A program made the position numbers and the translations under genes. Of a stretch of DNA of 64,000 nt, positions 46,864 through 59,550 are shown piece after piece; position 1 is the first letter of the stretch; each line of letters starts with the position of its first letter. The stretch spans positions 61,196,001-61,260,000 of the forward strand of contig NC_086097.1 in the NCBI RefSeq assembly GCF_963921235.1, written 5' to 3'. Source of the DNA: Mobula hypostoma (lineage: Eukaryota). The notes beneath the pieces are model-generated. The model was not told the DNA's origin. It did not search any database and worked only from the letters and a program-made list of their open reading frames with translations.

Positions 46864-49800
46864 TGTCATGATCCTGACTGAACAGTGACAGGCATCGAAG
46901 TTCCAGTACTCCAGTTCCCCGGAGAATGGTTAGCTGCCTTGTCCTATTAAGACTCAAACTGGCAATTACTGCCTGTCACATCTCTTCATGGAAGTCTGTA
47001 CTTGAAAAGCATCTTGCTAAACACACAGTGCTCAATCATAGGAGTTCTACTTCTATTACTACTGTTTGTGATTTTGTTTGTTTTGTCTTGTTTATTTTGG
47101 GTCTGAGTCTGAGTTAATTCTAGACTTCACTCTGCACTTGGGTTCACTCCCATCCATAGCTCTCTCATCACAGCATGATTGAGCCATCATGAGCCCAGCA
47201 GAGTATGACTGTCTGTGAACAGCATCAGCCTACTAGGGAGTTACTGTAGGTAGACATGACAACATGCTTCAGAAACTTACCACTCTCCAAAAATCCCTCT
47301 GACTCCAGTAGGCAGTATCTGAGTTCAGCAAGAGTGGTTGCCAGCTCTGGGCACGTTCAAGGTGGACACTCCATCAATACTTGTGAGGGATCACTGCACC
47401 TACCATCTCCCGAGTGGTATGACGGTAACCCCAAATTATGTTGAGGATTCCTGGTACAATGCTCCTTGGCCTTTGAGTTACAGCCATCCAAGTTCCCATC
47501 AGAATGCAGCAAGGTAGCCTATATCAACTTGTTCCTTATTCAAAGAGTCCTTATCTGGGCCACCGCACTCTGGGAAAAGGATTCACCAGCTTGTGCCAGT
47601 GCAGACCTCTTCAGAGATTTTGAGGAGGGTGTGCTACCATGCTGCTGGAGGACATGGGCCTGTAATAAAGCTCAACTTGGGTCAGGGGAATCGGTCTGTG
47701 GCTGATTATTCCATAGAATTTTGTACCTTGGCTGCAGAGAGTGATAGAAAGCACGAACCGCTTTCTGACATAATGGACTGAGTGACAAGCTAAAGGTACC
47801 CTTGTGGCCTGAGACTCAGTGGAGGATCAGAAAGTATTATGGACCTGACAATTCTACTCGATAACCGATTAATGGAAATGAGAAGGGATAAGGCAAAGGG
47901 AGTTACTTCAAACAGATTCTTCCCCTGGCTATTCTCCATCTTTCCTCTCCTTTTCCCCAGTTAAGACTCCTCCTCAACCGTCGCCAATCTCAGCATCTGA
48001 GGAACCTGTGCAAATAGGTCGAACCAGGCTCCCTCGAACTGAAAGAGAGAGAGGAAGGAGGGAAAGGTGCTGAATTTACAGTGGAGAGACCAAACATTGT
48101 CGGACCTCTTGTCTCAAGCAGCAGGGAGGGCTGTGACAGTTGTTAGCCACACTCGTGGTTCAGCTCCCTCCAGAGTGGTGCTCCCATATCGCCTCATGGG
48201 GAGACCAAAAACACTCCCTTGATGTCTTTATTATCTTCAGTGTAGCCTGGAAAATTTTGGACCTTGAACTGGCCAGAAGATTGACAAGCCCCCTTTTGCA
48301 TCTCAACCAGTGGCTCATTACCATGGTCCTGAATGGGAGATCATTGGTGCTAGGGCGGATCAACTACCAAACATCCCCGCTCAAGCTCAAGATTGGCCAG
48401 CATGTGGAATCATACCAGCTCCATCTAGTTTGCTCCCCATAAATACCCTCACTCTGGGTCATCCCTGGCTGTCATCCCAGAACCCAAGAATCAATTGGAC
48501 TACTTGTGTTGTTCTGGGTTGATCTAACCAGTGCAAAAAGAAATTCCTCCAACACGGGCCTAAGACATCTTCCAAGGTACCTTCCAAGATATCTCCTGAG
48601 TTTACTTCTGAGGCAAAGTCCGAGACTACTTCCAATATTGAGTGAACTTTTGAACCTTCCACCTCTAACCCCAGGTAAAGGTCCTCCCGGATACATCTTT
48701 GTTCCTAAAGCTGTTTGTTTGGAAGTGCCTAACTGGGCACACACTTCAAACCTGGATAAGCATCCAAAGGTGGCTCACATGCTAGAGTTCATCAAGAGAT
48801 GATACTGGTGACCCAGCGTGAGTGTCTCTTAGCATGTGATATCTGCACACAAAAAAAAAGAAGTCCAAGCACAGCCTTGAGATCTGCTTCAGCCTCTCCT
48901 CATTCCTACTCACCTTTGGTCCCACATTTCTATGCAATTTGTCAAAGTCTTCAGGCATATTGGGGTAATACAGCAATCATGGTGGTCGTAGGCCCATTCC
49001 TCAAGGTCTGCTGTTTTGTACCCCTTCTCGAACTACCATTGGCTTCAGAGACCCACAAGCTCATGTTACAGGCCATCTTCAGGATTCACAGTTTCCCCCA
49101 GGACATCATCTTTGATCATGGTCCCCACTTTGCCTCTAGGTTTTGCAAGGCCTCTTGTGGGGTCATTGGGGCTTCTACCAATATGTTGTCGAGGTTCTGC
49201 AGACTAATGGGAAAATGCAGACAGTCAACCAGGACCCATAGAGAACACTCAAGTGTCTAGCCTCAGGGAATCCAAAACCAAGACACTAAAACGTAGAGTA
49301 ACAACCTGATCTGGGCAGAGCTTGCGGACAAATCATTTCAGCATTGCTCTATCAGGATGCCCACTTTTGATTGCTAATTTTGATACCACCTCTACTGTTT
49401 CTAGAACAAGAAACGGAGGTGGGGAGTTTCCATTAGTGGACTAATTGGTCCAGATGTGTCACTTGAAATGGATCAAGATGAGAGAGACATTGTTGGCCAA
49501 TTTGTGGCAACAGCAAGACCAGGCCAACTGCCGGAGTAAACAGGTGCTAACACTACTTCCCAGTGAAAAGGTCTGGCTCTCAGCTAGAGATCTTCCCATG
49601 TGTACTGAATCCAGAAATCAGACCCCTCATTACATCAGTCCATTCAAAATTCTGTGACGCATCAACTCAGTTACTTATCATCTCCATTTCCAGGGAACCA
49701 TGTGGATTCACTCCACAGTCCAAGTATTTCCCCCCGCCCCAGCCCTTGAGTGCCAGCCCCTTGGCTCCATTTCCCAAACCTCCTTGGCCTCCACGAATTA

Positions 49801-50320
49801 TTGAGGGGCAACCCACCTACAAAGTCTGGTGGCTTTTGAACGTCTGCATTGTCAGAGGTGAAAGGCAATGCCTTATAGATTGGAGGGATATGGCACAGAA
49901 GAAAGATGCTGATTTCCTGCATGGGACATTCTAGATCCTCTGTTAATAGAGCACTTTTGCCCTTGGCCATCAGGAGCTGACCATATGAGAGGGTTTCTAT
50001 CATGTTCCTGAATGAACAGCAGCAGTCATCAAAGTTTCAGTGCTCCAATTCCCCAGGGAGTGATTAGCTCCCTCTGTTCCTTTAAATCTCAGACTACCAA
50101 TTATTGCCTTTCACACTTCTTCATGGAAAGTCTGTACTTAAAGGCCCCATGTTCAGCACTCAGTGCTCAATTGTAAGAGTTCCATTTCTAGTAGTACTGT
50201 TTGTACTTTTGCCTTTGGATTTTGTTTGCATCATCTTCTATATTTTGAGTCTGACTCTGAGTTAATTCTAGACCTTACTCCGCACTTTGTTTCACCGCCA
50301 TCCATAACTCTCTCGTTACG
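46864..50320 (+). mobile_element. Gypsy LTR element B (Sushi/chromovirus-like; RT-RNaseH deleted; decayed)
   Basis: LTRs 46864-47172 and 49998-50320; flanking duplication CAGGAG. Gag PEWYDGNPKLC..QGNRSVADYSIEF; integrase FRIHSFPQDIIFDHGPHFASRF; ISPFKI; chromodomain-like YKVWWLL..CLIDW. Confidence 0.85.
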
Positions 50321-51792
50321 CAGGAGGTATGAAATGGGCCATTCTAATCAAAATAAGCCATTGTAGTTCTTCTAAAGAGCCTGCTCATGGGTTCTGCCAC
50401 TAGGATACTGCTTTATCTGGGTTGCCAACAATATACATGCATTTTATGTTATCTCTGTCTCAGGCAGTGCTCCCTCTAGGCTATGACACTTGCTCTGCTC
50501 TGTAACGCTTGTCTGGCACACACAGAACAGTAGAGCGCAGAACAGACTCTTCAGTCAAGATAATGTTTGGTAACCTTTTAACCTGCTCTAAGATTAACCT
50601 AGCCCTCCATTTCCTTTCAGCCATGTGCTTCTTTAAGAATCTATGAAATCTCCCTAATGTTTCCATCTGTACCTGCAGTGTGTTCCATGCAAAAAGTAAA
50701 AATTGGATTCTGATATCCTACCTATACTTTCATCCAATCACCTTAAAATTATGCCCTTTCATATTAGCCACTTCTATCCTGGGCAAAAGGTGCTGGCCAT
50801 CCATTCTACCTATGCTCCTTACCGTCTTGTATACCACTACGAAGTTGCCTTTCATCCTCCTTCACTCCAAAGAGAAAAGTGCTACCTTGCTCAAACTTTC
50901 CTCATAAAACATGATCATTCATCCTAGTAAATCTCCTCTGCACCCTCTCTGAAGCCTCCACATCTTTCCTGTACTGAGATGATCAGAACTACTCCTAGTA
51001 TGGTCCAACATTACCTTGCAGCTCTTCTCCGACTAAAGAAGGCCAACATACTATATGCCTTTTAACCACCCTATTGATTTGTGCGTGAACTTTGGGGGAA
51101 TCTATCAACACGGACTCCAAGATCCTTCTACTCCTTCACACTGCTAGGAATTCTGCCACTAACTTTGTACTCTACCTTCAAGTTCAATCTTCTATAGTAG
51201 AGTCCAGATTGAACTCCATCCACCAACTTTTAACTCAGCTCTGCATCCTATCACTGTCCCATGGTAACCTATGACAACCTTCTACAACTCAACTGACCTT
51301 TGTCATCTACAGACGTATTAAAGTACTTTTCCATTTCCCCATACAAGTAATTTATAAATATCATAAAGAACAGGGGTCCTAGAGCAGATCTCTGCAGGAC
51401 ACTAGTCACCAGCCTACAAGCAGAATATGGTTCATCTACTACCATTCTCTTTGAGCAAGCCAATGCTGAATCCATGCATTTTCCCTTAGCCCCATGCCTT
51501 CTGTCATTCTGTATGAGCCTACCATGGGGAACCTTAACAAACACTTCACTAAAATCCATCTTCACCATATCCACTGCTGTATATTCATCAATTTGCTTTG
51601 TCAGTATCCAGAGAATATTGAAGAATTCAATCAGGCTTATGAGGCACAACCTACCTTCGCAAAGTTGACTATCCCTATTCTGATTATGCTTCCCTAAATG
51701 TTCATAAATCCTTTCTGTATGAATTATCCCCAATAGTTTTCCCACCACTGGTGTAATGCTCACTGGTCTATAATTCCCACTGGTCTATAATT

Positions 51793-52404
51793 GCCCGGGG
51801 TGTATGGGGTGTCAGGGAGGGGTAGCACCTCTGGTGGGGGAACATGTCACGTCCTTTTCAGGGTGGTTAGTCCACCTTTGGTCCCCACCTGGCACTCAGC
51901 TCTCACCTGTGGCTCCCCGTAGCTGTTTGCATGCGACAGTGGCCACACCCCGGGCAACAGCTTCGACAAGCCGGCTAAACCAGGTGAGGGTAGCCGACGG
52001 GTCTCAAACCCTCGGTGAGATAGGGAGTTGTCTATCCCAGCATGTGAAGACAGACTCCGGCGGATTGAGCGGACGAGACCAATGGAAGGTCCAACGATCA
52101 AGAAGGCGGTCTCTGCAAGCGTCGTGTAACGTGTAGAGCAGGACAAGACACAGGACGTCTTCTGTGTCTTGTGCTGCTCTACACGTTCCACGATGCTTGC
52201 AGAGACAGCCTTCTTGACTCTGACCAGCCATCTTGACTCTGTCTTGCCACTGGATCCAGATGGGAATTGGGAAGAGAGAGTGAGGCTGACGCTGTGCAAC
52301 TCTCCCTCACTTAAATCCAAATCACGCGCTAGTCTCGACACCATCAATAATGGTGTCGAGGTCCTCATCGACATACGATGGACGAACAACAACAAAACAA
52401 CAAC
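51793..52404 (+). mobile_element. Non-autonomous RTE-like retroposon (SINE-like), ~610 bp
   Basis: GC/CpG-rich insert interrupting the CR1 PGNY|RPV codons; (AAC)n tail; TSD ATAATT (51787-51792, 52405-52410); no recognisable coding domain. The RTE assignment is inference. Confidence 0.7.
51806..51988 (+). ncRNA. Candidate HDV-like self-cleaving ribozyme
   Basis: P1 GGGGTGT/ACACCCC, P2 CTCACCTG/CAGGTGAG, P3 GGC/GCC, L3 starting TCC, P1.1 GG, P4 GCTT/AAGC, J4/2 GGCTAA, all in canonical order. Confidence 0.65.
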
Positions 52405-53522
52405 ATAATTCCCAGGATTATCCCTATTACCTTTCTGGAACAAAGGAATAACACTTGCCACCTTCCAATCTTCTGGTACTACTGCGTCTGGTGAGGGATC
52501 ACTGCCAAAGACACAGCAATCTCTTCTTTTGTTTCCAATAATAACCTGGAGTATATCTTTTCCTCCCCAGGGACACATCCACCCTTCTGTTATTCACAAG
52601 TTCCAGCACACTTCCTTTCTTAACATCAAAAGGGTCCAACATTGTAGCCTGTTTCACAATGTCCTCACATTAGTCAAGGTCCCTCTCACTGGTGAACACT
52701 GAAGCAAGTATTCCTTAAGGACCACCCTAACTCATTTGTCCTCTGGCACGTTTCCCCCTTTTATCACTGATCAGTCGTACCCTCACTCCATTCCACTCAT
52801 ATATGAATGAAATGCCTTGGGTATTTCCTTATCCTGCTCATCAACGTCTTCTCATGACTCCTTCTAGTTTGCATAAGTTCCTTCTTAAGCTCTCACTGGC
52901 TATTTTATAACCCTCGGGAGCCCTGTTTTCCTAAATTTTAAATATCTTTCTTCCTCTTCACTAGATATTCTACTTCACTTGTCAACCATGTTTTCTTCAC
53001 CCTACCATCCTTTCCCTGCCTCAAAGGAACAACCTATCCAGAATGCCATGCAAGTGCTCCCTAAATACCTCAGCATTTCTATTGCACATTTCTGTGATTA
53101 CATCTCTTCCCAATTTATCCTCCCAAATTCTTGCCTTAATGCATCATAATTAGTCATCCCCAAATTAAATACTTTCCCATACCATCTGCTCCTATTCCTG
53201 AGCTGTGTTTTGTCTCCAAAATGCTCACTCACTGAGAGATCTGTCACCTTCTCAGGCTCATTGCTTATTTCTGGACTCAGTATGACCTCTCCTCTAGTCA
53301 ACATTTCCACATAATGTGTCAGGAATCCTTCCTGTTCACACACAACATATTCTGTCCCATTTAAACCTTTTGCATTGAGGCAGCCCCAATCAATATTATT
53401 TAAATTGAAGTCAACCCTGCTATTTTTGCACTTTTACATAATCTGCCTTCCAATGTGTTTTTCAGTATTTCTATTTCTAAGGGGAGTGGGGGTCAGGGTT
53501 CTACAGAATACCCCCGACAGAA

Positions 53523-53769
53523 CAGGGGCCCCCAACCTCTTTTGCACTGCGGACCGGTTTAATATTGACAATATTCTTGCTGACCGGCCAAGGGGGGTGA
53601 GGGCGGGTGGGGGTGCGGGAGGAGCTGGAAGTGGTGTTCAAGTTCAACAGTGCGTGACCGGGAATGAGGAAAGGTGCAGCTGACTCATGTTGTTTCATAT
53701 CGCCAAATCATATCGTCTCCTCGCAGCCCAGTAGCACATGCTTTGCGGCCCGGTGGTTGGAAACCACTG
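53523..53769. mobile_element. hAT-like MITE
   Basis: Imperfect TIRs CAGGGGCCCCCAACC / GGTTGGAAACCACTG interrupting the CR1. TSD not clearly preserved. Confidence 0.6.
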
Positions 53770-56157
53770 CAATAATGATTGCTTCTTTCCAGTTTCTGAT
53801 TTCTACCCACAATGACTCAGTAGATGATCCCTCTACAACTTCCTCCCTTTCTATAGCTGATTCCTGATTAGCAATGCCAACCCTCCACCTCTTTTATATC
53901 CTTGCCCCTTTTGAAACATCTAAACTCCCAAAAATTCGGCAGCCATTTCTGCCCCCGTGATAGCCAAATCTCTGTTATGGCCACAGTTGCGTTGTCCCAT
54001 GTACAGATACATGCTCTAAGTCCACCCTCTTCGTTTGTCATACATCCTGCATTAAAGTAAATATAATTCAACCTATCCAACTGACTGCAGTTATGCCCTG
54101 TCCTCTACCTATACTTCTCCACACCCTCTACATGTTACATTTACACCAACTTAACATTCCCTGACCTATCACTGTGCTTCAAATCCTCCTGACTACCTAT
54201 TTAAACCCTCCTCAACTGCTTAGCAAATTTGCCCCAAGAGTATTTCTAACCTCAAGTTCATCTGCAAACTTTTTGCACAGGTCATACCTTCCCCAATGAT
54301 CCACAAGTCTGAAACCTTGCATCCTGCACCAACTTTCAGCTACACATTCATCTGCCATATCATCTTGTTCTTACACTCACTGGCATGGTGCACACTCCTT
54401 TATCAATATGACAGTTCACCAGCAACAACAGATGCAGTGACTCCTGACCTTACTTTCCTAAACAAGGGCCTTCTTATAACTCCTTATAATTCTCAAGAGA
54501 AAACCTTTATCCATAAATCCTTACATCATTCTTAGAACAACCACCCAACCAACTCTCAACATTCAGTGTACTGCTATTATTTTAGCCTACCCTCCAAACC
54601 AGCTTCCAGCTGATGCCAACCCTCCAGCACATTGCTAGTTTGAGATCCTACTTCTCTCTGTTCAACAGTAGTTCCACACTTGACAACTTGTGGTCCAATC
54701 TCTGCCCCTGCCCTAATTCTGGCCCTATCTCCACCACCCTCCAGCACACTGACACAAGGCCACATTTGCTTTCTGTGTATGATAGACATTTGTTACAGTA
54801 AGTCCTATTCAGTAACACTGGATACTTCAGGCCTAGGCAATGACAAGTTTTGATGAAGTCACCTTTTCAACAAGATTTCTGTTGGCCAACTGTATTCTCA
54901 TATACACCATTAGTAACCACTCCCATCTGTTTCCTTATTTTCCCGTTCTCCTATTTTCCCTCATTTTAACAAGCCTCTAACCATTTCTCTTCAATCAATG
55001 GTCTATGTCTTCTCTGTTGTTTATTTAATATTTCAGTAATATTTGATTAATATTGTAAATATATTATTTGATTATGCATTCTTTGTTGTTTACATAATTC
55101 ATTACAGATTATATGTAAAAGCACATGAATGGCACACGTTATTTTGCCACCACATCAAAGTTCGTTTCTCACTAAAAGTAAAATGGAATGCAGACATTTT
55201 CCCAGGGCTTTTGTCCTTTTCTTTCAGATTAATTTCTGCATTTACGAAACATAACAGTGATGATCAGTAGGTTTTAAAAGGAACCTGAGTTGACTATCTA
55301 ACTGATGAAGCGCAATGCATTTTTCGTCACAAAAGGAAAGGGCTGGTCAAGTTAAAATAAAATGCAGCATGAGTCTCTCCAGAAAAGGAGAAGAAAGATG
55401 GTTGAATTAAAAAAGGGCAGAAAATGGTTGGAAATCACAGTGACTACCTGTGATAATAACCATAAATAAAAAAAAGAGCAGAAATGGTTGGCTACATCAG
55501 AAAGATAGACATGTTCATTACAAAACTGATAACTGTTGATTTATAAAATGAATTGAGCATTATTTTGAACCAAATGAAATAGCCAATGAGAATAGCTAAT
55601 AACTATGTGCAATAGGTGGAAGAGCATACAGTTTGCTTAGAAATTTGATTGCTCTAACAAAACCAGCCAAAATGAGCTTTGCTGATATCATAAAAGTAAT
55701 ACAGGGTCATTTAGAACTGAAACCATAGTTGTTTGCAGAACACTTTATGCTTCATAAGCAGAATTAAGAGGAAGGGAAGTCCACTTCAGCTTACATGGCT
55801 GAATTGAAGAGATTTTCTGAGCATTATTGTTTCAGTGACGTGCTTAATGATGCACTGAGAGATCATATAGTTTGTGATATTTAACAACAAATCATGCAAA
55901 AATGGCTCCTAAGTGAAGCACAACCGGCATTTAAAAGAGCAGTTGAAATTATAGCATCAATGAAAACTGCAGCCACAGATGCATTTCAATTGCAGTCCGG
56001 AATGAAAGTGAGTGTGAACAAAATTGCAACGTCTAAACAGAAACCTGCCTGGCTGAACATATTGTGTTACCATTGTTACAGGGGCTCACATTCACCAGAC
56101 CAGTGTAGTTTTAAAGGTGAAACTTGCAGAAAATGCTACAAAGTAGGATACATAAAT

Positions 56158-57130
56158 GTCAAGTCAAATCGAGTTTCTTTGCATTTAACTACATACATGA
56201 ACACTGTCAAATGAGACAACTTTTCTCTAAACCTGGTGTAAAGCACAGTAGTACACATAGCGCACATAAAACACACAATAACTTAGGAAAGAGAGAATAA
56301 CATCTACAGATGAATTACACATAAATAAACAAAGTAAAGTACATAAATTAAATATTGTCAGTTACAGAACAGTTTAACTGGTGACATTTTGAATGCAATG
56401 CAGCAGGGAGTTCAGAAGTCTAATGGCCTGAGAAAAGAAGCTGTTTCCCATCCTGGCCATTCTAGTCTTTGTGCATCAGAGTCTCCTGCCTGATGATAGA
56501 AGATCAAAGAGGATACTGGATGAATGGATGAGATCCTTGGTAATACTAAGGAGCTGTGTATGCAGTACTCCTGATAAATCTCACCAATTTATGGTATGGA
56601 GACCACCATGATCCTCTCAGCAATTCTCACAGTCCTTTGTAGAGACTTTCAGTCTGATGCTCAGCTGCTCCATATCAGATGGAGATCAGCTTGTCAGGAT
56701 GCTCTCAATGGTGCTCCTGTAAAATTCAGTTAAGAGGGAGGGTGGGGCCTCACGCCTCAATCTTCTGAGGAAGTGGAGGTGCTGCTGTGCCTTCTTGTTC
56801 AGGGAGGCGATATTCAGAGACAGGTGAGGTCATCTGTGATGTGAATTCCCAGGAGCTTGGTGCACTTAATTCTCCCTTCGGAGGAACCATGTATTCACAT
56901 AGGGGGATGGTTCGTCTGCATCTTCCTGAAGTCCACAATGATTTTCTTTGTCTTCTCCACATCAGACTTAGGTTGATCCTATCACACCAGTCCACCTGCT
57001 GCTCCATTTCCCCTCTGTACTCCGACTCATCATTGTTGTTGATGAGGCCAACCTCATCAACAAACTTGATGACACAGTTTGAGCTAAATCCTGCGACATA
57101 GTCATGCGTCAGCAGTGCGAACATCAGTGA
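56158..57130 (-). mobile_element. Rex1/Babar-like LINE 3' fragment in Gypsy C
   Basis: THDYVAGFSSNCVIKFVDEVGLINNNDESEY; tail at 56158. Confidence 0.75.
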
Positions 57131-58393
57131 AAAGCAGGCTGGGCAAACAAAAATAAATGAACTACACAGGGAAGAGAAAAGCTAGAAAGTCACGTTGCAC
57201 TTTCAAAAAGAGCACTGATTTTCATGTTGCTGCTGCAAATCTAATAATGATGAAACTGACGCAAGAATGGGTAGCCTTGAGATTTATAACGTGTAAACTA
57301 ACAATAGACAAGCAATTTGGCTTACACCAGAAGTGAACGTCAAATTAATAAAAATAGAATTGGACATCGAATTGACTGTTTCAGTCAATCCACAAAATGA
57401 GTTAGAATGTCATTTCAAAGGTACTGAACTGAAGCCTGCATTTATCAACTAACAACTTACACTGGAGAAAATAACTCTTGTGGGAATGACATTCGTAACT
57501 GTGAAAAACGAAAACTAACAAGCCACAATGGACTTGTATGTGGTAAAACAGGACCGCCAGCATTGCGAAGGTGTGATCGGCTGAGAGAACTATGACTTGA
57601 TTAAAGATCAGTCCACTATTTGATGTCACATCCCCTACAATCGAGACAACTGGAAGCGAACTTAGAAAGGTACTGGATGACGCCACAGCGGTGTTCAAGG
57701 ATGCTATTGGAAAACTCAAACATATCGAGGGTAAAGTAGAGTTAAATGAAAATGTCGAGCCTACGTTTTACAAAGTTTACCTGGTCCCACATTCCATCTA
57801 TAATAAAGTAACCAGCGAGCCACATCGTATGGAGGCTGAAGAAATTCTTACCAAGGTTGAATGGAGCCCATAAGCAATACCAGTCATCCCAGTATTCAAA
57901 AAGAATGGGTCTGTCCTGATCTGTGATGATTTAAAGGCCACAATCAACTCAGTTCTGAAAAAAATACCCTCATCTCTGTATAGAGGATGTTTTTGCAAAC
58001 CTTTTTTGAGGAAAACACTTCAGTAATGTTGACTTAGCTAAGGCAAATCTACAGATGGAGAGGGGCTTATTCACTATAATAGACTTATTTTTTGAGAAGC
58101 ATTTGCACCTGCACTCTGGCAGAAAGCTATGGGCCAGGTGCAACAAGGTTGCCCAAACACTCAGTGTTATCTGGATGACATCATTGTTACTGGTGAGGAT
58201 GTCAAGGAATATCTCCAAAAACTCAAAAGAGTGTTTAAAAGATTAGAAGATCCATAATTCATTGAAAGTGCCATCACATGTAGATAGGGTCGTAAAGAAA
58301 GCTATTGGCACATGGACCTTTATAAATCAAAGTATTAAGTACAGGAAATGGGATTTTATGTTGAAGTTGTATGAGACATTGGTGAGGCCTAAT

Positions 58394-59550
58394 TTGAATT
58401 GAATTGACTTTATTTCTAACATCCTTCACATACATAAGGAGTAAAAATCTTTACATTATGTCTCCATCCAAATGTACGATATGCAATTTATAGTAATTTA
58501 TAATAAGTAGTAGTAAACAACAAGACAGTCAATATAACATTGAAATACAATTGTATTAGCATGAATTAATTAATCTGATGGCCTGGAGGAAGAAGCTGTC
58601 CCAGAGCCTGTTGGTCCTGGCTTTTATACTGTGGTAGTGTTTCCCGGATGGTAGAAGCTGGAGCAGTTTGTGGTAGGGGTGACTTGGTTCCCCAATGCTC
58701 CTTCAGGCCATTTTTATGCACCTATCTCTGTAAATGTCCTGAATATTGGGAAGTCCAAATCTACAGATGTGCTGAGCTGTCTGCACCACTCTCTGCAGAG
58801 TCCTGCGATTGAGGAAAGCACAATCCCCATAACAGGCAGTGATGCAGCCAGTCAGGAGGTTTTCAATTGTGCCCCTGTATCCCAAGCCCTTAGGATTTGG
58901 GGACTCATGCCAAATTTCTTCAACCATCTGAGGTGAAAGAGGTGCTGTTGTGCTCTTGTGCTATGTACAGACCATATGAGATACTTGGTGATATGTATGC
59001 CGAGGTACTTAAAGCTGTTCATCCTCTCAACCCCAGATACATTGATGTCAATAGGGGTTAGCCTGTCCTGACGAAGGGTCTCGGCCTGAAACGTTGACTG
59101 CTCCTCTTCCTATAGATGCTGCCTGGCCTGCTGCGTTCACCAGCAACTTTGATGTATGTTGCTTGAATTTCCAGCATCTGCAGAATTCCTGTTGTTAGGG
59201 GTTAGCCTGTCTCCATTCCTTCTGTTGTCCACAACCAGCTCCTTTGTTTTTGTGATATTGAGGGAGAGATTGTTGACATCACCATGATGACTTCTTCTTT
59301 GGCGGCTGACTCTTTATTATTTGAGATAAGGCCAATCAATGTAGTATCATCAGCAAATTTAATCAGCAGATTCAAGCAGTGGGTGGTGACACAGTCATGG
59401 GTATACAGAGAGTAAAGGAGGGGGCATAGGATGTAGCCCTGAGGGGCACCTGTGTTGAGGGTCCAGGGGGCAGAGGTGAGGGATCCCACACTTACCATCT
59501 GCCGGCGATCTGATAGGAAGTCCAGGATCCAGCTACAAAGGCAGGGTGAA
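58394..59550 (-). mobile_element. Rex1/Babar-like LINE fragment
   Basis: WILDFLSDR..NTGAPQG..LLYSLYTHDC..KFADDTTLIG; (TTCAA)n tail. Confidence 0.8.
59068..59195 (+). mobile_element. 128-bp solo PLE terminus starting at the hammerhead core
   Basis: TSD TAGGGGTTAGCCTGTC (59052-59067, 59196-59211); CTGACGA...GAAACGTTGAC; matches 17137-17231 and the reverse complement of 38852-38957. Confidence 0.88.

Larger units (their letters stand above)
39847..50329 (+). mobile_element. Tc1/mariner-like non-autonomous DNA element (39847-40227 + 46686-46863 + few bases after 50326) hosting two Gypsy insertions
   Basis: TA|CACACAGTAGCCACTTTATTAGGTA terminus. Decayed transposase N-terminus (MGKK*DLSHLMVE..., LLGIF, SISEHTTRQTLKW.GNSSRRP) continues across the insertion. 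Confidence 0.7.
50505..54540 (-). mobile_element. Old CR1 LINE (degenerate ORF2)
   Basis: YIYFNAG..AITEIWL (53868-54080), WKVASVIPLFQKGNRDNPGNY, CLISLIEFF..DFSEVFVKVPHGRL. Confidence 0.8.
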
